NCBI GenBank assembly: GCA_020696385.1
Contig: JAEHCQ010000008.1
Span: 1-64,000 of the forward strand
DNA: 64,000 bases
Direction: 5' to 3'
DNA from: Methanobacteriota archaeon
GTDB lineage: Archaea > Thermoplasmatota > Thermoplasmata > SG8-5 > JAGLSY01
Below, in pieces: positions 37,340 through 44,888 of the stretch. The notes beneath the pieces are model-generated. The model was not told the DNA's origin, did not search any database, and saw only the letters and a program-made list of their open reading frames with translations. Position 1 is the first letter of the stretch. Each line of letters opens with the position of its first letter. The position numbers and the translations under genes are program-made.

Positions 37340-38434
37340 ATGGAATCCAGAATAAAGAGAATCTACGAGAAGTGCGAACACGATAAACCAGATATAGTTG
37401 TACTGGCCAATGCCACAGACCCCATGCTGGACAAGACCTTTTTCTACGCAACAGGGCTTGGAAATTCAGGGGTTTTCGAAGGCTCGTACGTATTCTGCTT
37501 CCCGGACGGAAAGGTGGAGATGGTCACCTCCATTCTTGAGGAAGAAAGCGCGAAGAAAGGCGACTTCCCGGTTCACACCTTCATGACCCAGGATGAGAGG
37601 AAGGAGAAGATCGAAGGTTATCTCAAGGGCGTGGATTCAATAGGTATCAATGCAAAGGAGCTTGTTCACGCGCAGTATATGTTACTAAAGGAACTGGCAC
37701 CACAAGCGGAATTCATCGACATGTCCAAGGCAGTTAGGGATGCCAGGGTGGTCAAGGATGAAGCCGAGATCGAGACCACAAGGATAGCTTGCAGGATAGC
37801 CAGCGAGGCAGCCGAGGAGATTATTCCATTCATCAAACCAGGTGTTAAAGAGAGTGAGATCGCGGCTGAGCTGATCTACCTGATGCAGAAGAGGGGAGCC
37901 AATGGACCTTCATTTGACAGCATAGTGGCCTTCCAGGAGAATTCCGCAGAGCCGCATTACCGTGCTGGTGACCGTGTGCTCAAGGATGGCGAGTTCGTTC
38001 TGATGGACTTCGGAGCACTTTACAATAGATACGTTTCAGATATTACAAGGACTTATTTCATGGGCCAGCCCAATGAGAAGCAGAAGAAGATATACAATAC
38101 GGTTCTGGAAGCTCAACTGGCCTCACTGGATATGATCAAGGACGGTGCCAAGGGCGCGGATGTACACAATACCGCGGCCGAGATAATCAATGCCACCGAA
38201 TTCAAAGGCAGATTCACACATGGACTGGGGCACAGTATCGGCCTTAGTGTTCACGATGGCTCAGGGCTTTCGCCAGCAGTTGATATCACATTGAGGGAAA
38301 ATATGCTATTCACAGTTGAACCTGGCATCTACATACCAGGCTTCGGCGGTGTGAGGATCGAGGATGATGTCGTTGTCAAGAAGAACGGTGTCGAGATCCT
38401 GACAACGGCCAGTAAGGAACTAATAACAATTTAG
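37340..38434 (+). CDS. Xaa-Pro peptidase (M24B, prolidase-like)
   Basis: DFG..Y..Y.SDITRT, HGLGHSIGL.VHD, TVEPGIY and GVRIEDD. Confidence 0.93.
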   Translation: MESRIKRIYEKCEHDKPDIVVLANATDPMLDKTFFYATGLGNSGVFEGSYVFCFPDGKVEMVTSILEEESAKKGDFPVHTFMTQDERKEKIEGYLKGVDSIGINAKELVHAQYMLLKELAPQAEFIDMSKAVRDARVVKDEAEIETTRIACRIASEAAEEIIPFIKPGVKESEIAAELIYLMQKRGANGPSFDSIVAFQENSAEPHYRAGDRVLKDGEFVLMDFGALYNRYVSDITRTYFMGQPNEKQKKIYNTVLEAQLASLDMIKDGAKGADVHNTAAEIINATEFKGRFTHGLGHSIGLSVHDGSGLSPAVDITLRENMLFTVEPGIYIPGFGGVRIEDDVVVKKNGVEILTTASKELITI

Positions 38435-38508
38435 ATACATCGATCCCTACCCAAACCAGGAGAAGCTCCGACCTCCCAATATCAGAGATTCTCCATATAT
38501 GAACGGGC

Positions 38509-38961
38509 TCATCTGTTCCTTACCACTCTCTTCATGCGATCCGATCTTGCTGGCTTTGGTCTTTTGATTGGAGTGACTCTCTCAAATATCTCCAGTATGT
38601 AGCTCAGCATGCCGAACAAGGCAAGGGCAAATGCTACCCCGGTCATAAGAAGCCCGGTGATCTCCATGGGTACGATTCCAAAAGTCCCGAGGAGGGAGAT
38701 GAAATATATCACCAGGGCTCCTTTAACAAATATCAATACAGTATTCGGAATGTCACAGTTACTGCTTCTAACTGGCCTTGACATATTTATTAGCAGGTAA
38801 CCGACCCCGAACAACATGGATATGGATACTGTGGTTATGCCGAATATGATCAGGCCAAGATTGTCCAATAATCGGAAATGCCATAGGCAAACTAACATGA
38901 TTATCACCATGTAGCCGCGTACAAGCACCTTCAATACAGGGGGAATCTTGAGTTTTTTCAT
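38509..38961 (-). CDS. Hypothetical 4-TM membrane protein
   Basis: Four hydrophobic segments from ATG 38961. Confidence 0.65.
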   Translation of the reverse strand: MKKLKIPPVLKVLVRGYMVIIMLVCLWHFRLLDNLGLIIFGITTVSISMLFGVGYLLINMSRPVRSSNCDIPNTVLIFVKGALVIYFISLLGTFGIVPMEITGLLMTGVAFALALFGMLSYILEIFERVTPIKRPKPARSDRMKRVVRNR

Positions 38962-39034
38962 CCATATCACTAATATTAATAATGACTGGAGCGGTATATA
39001 TGCGTGGTGTGGTGATGACCGGGGAATGCACCAA

Positions 39035-39066
39035 CACACCATTGGAAAACTATAGCCAATGGTGTG
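39035..39066. repeat. Perfect 11-bp inverted repeat
   Basis: CACACCATTGG-N10-CCAATGGTGTG. Confidence 0.85.
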
Positions 39067-39077
39067 GTGTGGGGCAT

Positions 39078-39217
39078 TAACCAATATCCCAGTATTATCT
39101 CAGTTGTGGTTCAAACCAATATCTCAGTATTTTCTCAGTTGTGGTTCAAACCAATATCTCAGTATTTTCTCAGTTGTGGTTCAAACCAATATCTCAGTGT
39201 ATTCTCAGTTGTGGTTC
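39078..39217. repeat. 4 x 35-bp head-to-tail tandem repeat (no spacers)
   Basis: AAACCAATATCTCAGTATTTTCTCAGTTGTGGTTC; copies 2 and 3 identical, copies 1 and 4 slightly diverged. Confidence 0.95.
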
Positions 39218-39402
39218 GTGTACCATGCATTGTGCCCTATTTTGCACATCAATATTAAATATGGTTAACTTTTATTCGTTATTTTATATATTAACTAATG
39301 TTAAATTTAAGCGCACTTGCATATAAAAGTATCGCATATATTTATATACATCATTAAGCAAAGCTTTAAATATATAATGCGCAATCCCTAAACGGTGTTA
39401 AC

Positions 39403-40410
39403 ATGACGGTCAAAGTTGCCATTAATGGCTACGGGACAATTGGTAAGCGTGTGGCCGATGCGGTCACAGCTCAGGACGACATGGAAATTGTCGGTGTGGT
39501 AAAGAGAAGACCATCTTTTGAGGCCTTCGATGCAGTGAAGAACGGTTACAAATTCTATGCAGCTGCCGAGGAATTCATTGAGGGGTTCAGGCAGGAAGGC
39601 ATTGAGCCAGCAGGAACTCTTGATGATCTTCTTGACATAGCGGACATAGTTGTGGACTGCACTCCCAAGAAAGCCGGATACAAAGCCCTTTATGAAAAGA
39701 AGGGAGTTAAAGCTATCTGGCAAGGCGGAGAGAAGCACGACCTCACAGGCTTATCCTTCAATTCCTTCTCCAACTACGACGATGCTATTGGAGCAGATTT
39801 TGCAAGGGTCGTTTCCTGCAACACAACTGGATTGTGCCGAACACTCTGGCCATTGGAAAATGAATGGGGAATAGAGAATGTTCTCGGTGTCATGATCCGA
39901 AGAGGAGCTGATCCATGGGATTCGAAGAAAGGCCCAATGAATGCGATCGAGCCAGTTCTGAAAGTACCATCCCACCATGGCCCGGATGTCATGACGGTCA
40001 TGAAAGGATTGGATATTCAGACCACGGCTGTCGCTGTTCCATCCACCCTCATGCATTTACACTCTGTCGTGGTCAAGTTAAAGAAGAATGTCCCAACACA
40101 GGAGGTCCTCGACCTCTGGGAGAGGACGTCTAGGGTCATGTTCGTTGAAGGCAAATATGGAGTCAAATCCACAGCCCAGATCATGGAGATCGCCAAGGAT
40201 TCAGGAAGAAAGAGATCGGACCTGTTCGAAATAGCTGTTTGGAAGGATGGAGTCCATGTCGTTGGAGACACACTGTATTATTATCAAGCAATTCACCAAG
40301 AATCAGATGTCATTCCTGAGAATATCGACTGTATAAGAGCGATGTGCAATATCGAGAATGACAAGTGGGCCAGTATTGAAAAGACCAATAAGGCTCTTAA
40401 CCTGGAGTGA
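39403..40410 (+). CDS. gap: Glyceraldehyde-3-phosphate dehydrogenase, archaeal type II
   Basis: NGYGTIGKRVADAV, VSCNTTGL, PSHHGPD and HQESDV.PEN. Confidence 0.97.
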   Translation: MTVKVAINGYGTIGKRVADAVTAQDDMEIVGVVKRRPSFEAFDAVKNGYKFYAAAEEFIEGFRQEGIEPAGTLDDLLDIADIVVDCTPKKAGYKALYEKKGVKAIWQGGEKHDLTGLSFNSFSNYDDAIGADFARVVSCNTTGLCRTLWPLENEWGIENVLGVMIRRGADPWDSKKGPMNAIEPVLKVPSHHGPDVMTVMKGLDIQTTAVAVPSTLMHLHSVVVKLKKNVPTQEVLDLWERTSRVMFVEGKYGVKSTAQIMEIAKDSGRKRSDLFEIAVWKDGVHVVGDTLYYYQAIHQESDVIPENIDCIRAMCNIENDKWASIEKTNKALNLE

Positions 40411-40414
40411 TAAA

Positions 40415-40759
40415 ATGAAAACACCTTGCGAATTCTCAATGTGGTATGTGGTTCCTTACATCAGAAGCCGTGTTGCACAATCAATGGTAACCGATCTTGG
40501 CATGAAACAAGCTCATGCGGCCAGGAAGCTGGGTGTCACGGATGCCGCGGTCTCACAATATCTCTCTGGCAAAAGGGCGAAGACAGAGATGGATGAAGAA
40601 TGGCTTCTGGAAGAGATCCGAGTAACCGCCAAAACTATTTCCTTAGCAGAGGAAAATACAGAGGTAGGTAAAGAGATCTGCAGGGTGTGCAAACTTGTCC
40701 AGGACTCCAATTTCATAGAGAAGTTGAACTCCGGAGCCTCATGCGGCCGCTGTCCTTGA
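40415..40759 (+). CDS. HTH transcriptional regulator (COG2522-like)
   Basis: PCE...VVP.IR...QAHAARKLGVTDAAVSQYLSGKR...CRVC. Confidence 0.85.
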   Translation: MKTPCEFSMWYVVPYIRSRVAQSMVTDLGMKQAHAARKLGVTDAAVSQYLSGKRAKTEMDEEWLLEEIRVTAKTISLAEENTEVGKEICRVCKLVQDSNFIEKLNSGASCGRCP

Positions 40760-40874
40760 TATTCCATAAAAGATATTGAGAATGATACGATCGACTCGAA
40801 GCTGATAATATCGCTTCGAGTTTTCGGTTATAGCTATATATCAGTTATACATGGGCCATTTCGGAGTTACTTAG

Positions 40875-41084
40875 ATGAGCGAAGTAGATATATCAGTGAT
40901 CATAGGAGATGAAACCAGAACTCTCAGAGTTCCAACTGGCTCCCTGGTCGAGGATGTCATAAAAGCATGCGACCTCAATGTATCGGCTCAGATCGTTCTA
41001 AGGAACAAAATACCAATTCCAACAGATGATCCAGTGCTGGAAAATGATGAGCTCAGGATCATCGAGACATTCTCAGGAGGCTGA
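40875..41084 (+). CDS. Ubiquitin-like sulfur carrier (SAMP/ThiS/MoaD family)
   Basis: 69 aa beta-grasp size with C-terminal SGG; next to E1-like and thiolase genes. Confidence 0.88.
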   Translation: MSEVDISVIIGDETRTLRVPTGSLVEDVIKACDLNVSAQIVLRNKIPIPTDDPVLENDELRIIETFSGG

Positions 41085-41087
41085 AAT

Positions 41088-41744
41088 ATGAGTGATGAGC
41101 AATCTGATATGAAAGGCATAATGCTGCTATCCGGAGGGATCGATTCCCCGGTGGCCGCGATGATGATGCTGGACAGAGGCCTTGATCTCATATTGCTGCA
41201 TTTGGACAATCGCCCTTTCACAGATGACCGCGAGTTCAATAAAGTAAAGAGGCTGGCAGCCAGGCTTTCCGAGCTGGCTGGTCGTGACCTCCCCTTCTAT
41301 GTCGCCAAGCACGGTTTGCTTGCGCAAGCTCCTACTGCAAAGGCCTGCGACAGACATTATCACTGCATCCTTTGCCGAAGAACGATGTTGAGAGTGGCAG
41401 AAAGACTGGCAAAGCAAGAAGGAGCTACATCCATAGTCACTGGTGAATCCATGGGCCAGGTCGCGTCCCAGACCCTGAGGAATCTCGCGGTCGAGGAGAA
41501 TGTTGTCAGCATACCCATACTTCGACCACTTGTCGGATTGGACAAGACAGAGATAATCGAAAGGGGCAGGAATTTCGATACTTTTGACATATCCATATCA
41601 TCTGGCCTGTGCTGTACCATCGTGCCAGAAAAGCCATCCACCATGGCGAGATTGGAGAAGATAGAGGAAGAAGAAGCAAAGCTGGATGTGGATACCATGA
41701 TCGACGCACTCATGGACAGCATGGAACTCTTGAAGATAGAATGA
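41088..41744 (+). CDS. ThiI-like PP-loop sulfurtransferase, catalytic domain only
   Basis: SGGIDSPVA, CILCRR, TGESMGQVASQT, RPL.GLDK.EI and CC; no N-terminal THUMP region. Confidence 0.85.
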   Translation: MSDEQSDMKGIMLLSGGIDSPVAAMMMLDRGLDLILLHLDNRPFTDDREFNKVKRLAARLSELAGRDLPFYVAKHGLLAQAPTAKACDRHYHCILCRRTMLRVAERLAKQEGATSIVTGESMGQVASQTLRNLAVEENVVSIPILRPLVGLDKTEIIERGRNFDTFDISISSGLCCTIVPEKPSTMARLEKIEEEEAKLDVDTMIDALMDSMELLKIE

Positions 41745-41847
41745 GTTGTAGAGTTTATAGAGTTACAAATTGTTGGGTTTCCGCACACTTGAGTTTATAG
41801 AATTCTTAGAGTTAACTCAATAAAATCTAATAAACTCAATAAACTTT
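41742..41847. repeat. Degenerate GAGTTTATA/AAACTCAAT repeat cluster related to 36008-36124
   Basis: tagagtttatagagtt and ttgagtttatag, then aactcaataaa and aaactcaataaact in opposite orientation. Confidence 0.65.
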
Positions 41848-41870
41848 TAAGCTCATAGAACATATTACCT

Positions 41871-42659
41871 TTGATGATCATCAGGGACAAGGAAAATGAC
41901 AGGTACAGTCGCCAGACATTGTATCACAAGGTCGGATGTGAAGGCCAGGAAATGCTTATGGATTCCAGGGCTTTGGTCATAGGCGTCGGAGCCCTGGGCG
42001 GCAATATCGCCAATCTCCTTGCCAGGTCTGGCGTGGGGAATATTCTACTTGTGGACAGGGATAAAGTAGAACTGAACAACCTTCAGCGCCAGCTCATATT
42101 TGACGAGACAGACATAGGCAAGCCAAAGGCCGAGGTCGTGGCCAGAGAGCTGAAGCAAGCTAATACATCCATCAAGATAGAAGGAAGGGTCATGGAGGTT
42201 GATGCATCCAATATCCACGAGCTCATCAAGGAAGTTGACATTGTCCTTGACGGTACGGACAATGTTAAAACTCGATTTCTGATAAATGACGCTTGCGTCC
42301 AGCTTGGCATACCGTGGGTTTATGGCGGGGTTGTCAAGGCAGAGGGCATGACCATGACGATCATTCCAAAGACCACGCCATGCTTAAGATGCATACTCCC
42401 CAATATACCAGAGCCAGGATCCACGCAGACATGCAATGAAGTAGGCATTCTGAATGGAATTCCCGCGGTCGTGGCATCGCTTCAAGCCACAGAAGCCCTG
42501 AAGATCTTGATGGGAAAAGAACCATCAAAAGGACTGGCCTTGATCAATATTTGGGACAGGAAGATGGAGATCGTGGACATCGAGAGAAATCAAAACTGCC
42601 AGTCATGCGGGGATGGTGCGATTGACCAGACGGCATCAGCAGATTGTGGAGGCGAATGA
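41871..42659 (+). CDS. ThiF/MoeB/UbaA E1-like adenylyltransferase
   Basis: RYSRQ, GVGALG, D.D.VELNNLQRQ, DGTDN..TR, CLRC and CQSC. Confidence 0.93.
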   Translation: MMIIRDKENDRYSRQTLYHKVGCEGQEMLMDSRALVIGVGALGGNIANLLARSGVGNILLVDRDKVELNNLQRQLIFDETDIGKPKAEVVARELKQANTSIKIEGRVMEVDASNIHELIKEVDIVLDGTDNVKTRFLINDACVQLGIPWVYGGVVKAEGMTMTIIPKTTPCLRCILPNIPEPGSTQTCNEVGILNGIPAVVASLQATEALKILMGKEPSKGLALINIWDRKMEIVDIERNQNCQSCGDGAIDQTASADCGGE

Positions 42660-42938
42660 ATGGAATTCATGATGGTCAAGACCTGTGAGGCAGATGCTTA
42701 CGATGCGATCCCGAAGAATCTGGCCAGGGTGAATATCAGCAAGGCGATCGAGGAACTGACGAGCGCCGGGTACGAGTTGATAGTAGATGCGGGTGTGATG
42801 TGCGTGATCATGAAGGACGAGCTGGAGTATCAATTGTTCTCCAGTGGTAGGATTCTCATGAAAACTCCAGACCTGGACACGGCGGAGAAAGGCGCCGATG
42901 CTCTTTTTGCCAATCTTGGTCCAGCATTGAAGGCCTAG
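42660..42938 (+). CDS. Small protein resembling the C-terminal extension of long ThiF/MoeB proteins
   Basis: Starts right after the E1 stop; C..DAY...YQLFSSGRILMKT.D...A pattern. Confidence 0.6.
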   Translation: MEFMMVKTCEADAYDAIPKNLARVNISKAIEELTSAGYELIVDAGVMCVIMKDELEYQLFSSGRILMKTPDLDTAEKGADALFANLGPALKA

Positions 42939-42969
42939 AGAATTGATCATCAAAATATTCGATATATCA

Positions 42970-43935
42970 TCACTCCACATTCACATTCTTGTTTATCGTC
43001 CTTCTCATCGATAATAACATAGGATGCATGTGTTTTCTCCAGAATTTATTGCCAAACAGGTTCGCGGTCTCGAAATCCGCGTGAATGAGAGGAATATCAT
43101 TGGCCAGGCAATGGTCACTGATGCTTTTCAATAAGCCAATCCCGATCCCCATGCTCCTGTACTCGGGCTTGATGTAGATCCCGATCAGGTCGATCATACC
43201 ACAGCCAGCCACAGAAAGATCGATGGTATCATTATCTTCAGCCACGCTCATATTGATGAAGCCAACTGGCTTATCGCCATCCCACGCGATGAAGACATTG
43301 CCATCCGAGATGATGTTCAATATCGCAATCTCGGAGATCCTTTCCCTTCTCAGAAAGAGCGGGGCGGAGCGATAGAAATCCCTTGTCTCATCGACAAGCT
43401 CGTGCAGGACCGCGACATCATCACTGGAAGCCCTCGTGATATCGATATCCGGATTACCTTCTACATCCACGATTGGTTTGGAGAAGACATCGACCAAATA
43501 AGAGCCAAAGCCCAGATCGAACAGCATCCTTTCCAATTCCTTGTCATTTGAAAAGATGGTCCACATGTGATTGAATATATTCTGTTTCACCCATTCCTGA
43601 GACACACTGGCATACAGTGAGTGGTATACATCCTGCTTGAACTCCTCAAGGGAAGAATGCCCCATAGTGGGACAGAAGGCCGAACTCTCGCCATTGAAGT
43701 CAAATACATCATAGCACAGGTATCCGATCAGTTCATTACCTGATCGGGCTGCCAAAGCTCTGCCAGCATCCACTCGGGATATCAGAAATTCTTCGATATC
43801 CCGATTCCCCTGCCGCCATGTATCAGGGAAATTGTCATTATTTCCACAATATCTCTCGTACTGGCTACAGAATATCTCAATGGCTCTATCAATATCTTCC
43901 TTCTTCATCTGATCGATCTTGATATCGCAAGTCAT
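42970..43935 (-). CDS. Tandem GNAT N-acetyltransferase
   Basis: IYIKPEYRSMGIG motif A; TAATG coupling with the upstream gene gives ATG 43935. Confidence 0.85.
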   Translation of the reverse strand: MTCDIKIDQMKKEDIDRAIEIFCSQYERYCGNNDNFPDTWRQGNRDIEEFLISRVDAGRALAARSGNELIGYLCYDVFDFNGESSAFCPTMGHSSLEEFKQDVYHSLYASVSQEWVKQNIFNHMWTIFSNDKELERMLFDLGFGSYLVDVFSKPIVDVEGNPDIDITRASSDDVAVLHELVDETRDFYRSAPLFLRRERISEIAILNIISDGNVFIAWDGDKPVGFINMSVAEDNDTIDLSVAGCGMIDLIGIYIKPEYRSMGIGIGLLKSISDHCLANDIPLIHADFETANLFGNKFWRKHMHPMLLSMRRTINKNVNVE

Positions 43936-44858
43936 TATTGAGACGCCCCATCCAGTTGCTCCACAAGATCGCATGCCTTGCATAATTTGCCCATGCTCGG
44001 CTCCCCGCATTTCTCACAATCTATAAGGTTGGCTGGCTTGAAGGCGCTCTTGAGCGGGACCTTCAATTTCTCATAACTGGAAAGAATGGAATGGCGCGTG
44101 CCCGGGGTCACATCTTCCAGGTTCGCCATCAACTTCACGAACTCGCCACGATGTGCGCGGTAGGCGTATGGACATTCATCGCCCAGGATGTCCATTTCCT
44201 CGATTATCGCGTACAGGGCGCATTCCTCTTCAGGTATCATGCGCAATGGGAGTATTCGGGGTATTAAGCCCGGTTGTGGCCGATCATGCGGCCCAAGTCT
44301 TGCCAGACGTTCGACGTCTCCCCGGCAGATGTTCATCAATATGCTGCCAGCAGTGTCATTAAGATTGTGACCAAAGGCTATCCTCGTGGCTTCGATAGCC
44401 TTGCAGGCCTTGTTCAGAGCCTGGCGACGGAAGACTCCGCAATAGGTACAGGGTACCGTATCGGGATCCTTGGCAACAGCCTCGTCCAGTGTGTATCCGA
44501 AAAGATCTTTAAAACTGATGATATCAAGAGGAATGCCTAAAGACTGGCATTCCTTTTTCGTGGCTTCCAATCCCTTCTCACGGTAGCCGACAATTCCCTC
44601 ATCCACGATAATGGCGTGAATGTCGATCCCGCTTCTTGGGTGAAACATACCACGTAGCAGACGGAGCATCACCATACTGTCCTTGCCACCAGAAACTGCA
44701 ACGGCCAGCTTGTCACCGGCTTTCATCCTGCCGCTAGACTTCACTTCTTTGGCCATTCGCTTTACGAAGAATTCCTTGAAGTGATTGCTGCAAAGATGCT
44801 GGCTGCTATACCTGACGAATATCACCGATGGCTTTCCGCACCTGGAACAGGGTATCAT
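43935..44858 (-). CDS. tRNA 2-thiolation protein (TtuA/Ncs6/NcsA family)
   Basis: CSRC..C..H zinc finger, SGGKDS PP-loop, CTYCGVFRR, GHNLND, ECPY and C-terminal CEKC..CKAC. Confidence 0.92.
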   Translation of the reverse strand: MIPCSRCGKPSVIFVRYSSQHLCSNHFKEFFVKRMAKEVKSSGRMKAGDKLAVAVSGGKDSMVMLRLLRGMFHPRSGIDIHAIIVDEGIVGYREKGLEATKKECQSLGIPLDIISFKDLFGYTLDEAVAKDPDTVPCTYCGVFRRQALNKACKAIEATRIAFGHNLNDTAGSILMNICRGDVERLARLGPHDRPQPGLIPRILPLRMIPEEECALYAIIEEMDILGDECPYAYRAHRGEFVKLMANLEDVTPGTRHSILSSYEKLKVPLKSAFKPANLIDCEKCGEPSMGKLCKACDLVEQLDGASQ

Positions 44859-44888
44859 CGAACTTGGATTATGATGTGAGGTTTAAAT

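Noticed and set aside
39078-39217. 35-bp repeats as a CRISPR array
   Set aside because: Units are contiguous with no unique spacers, and no cas genes are in the window.
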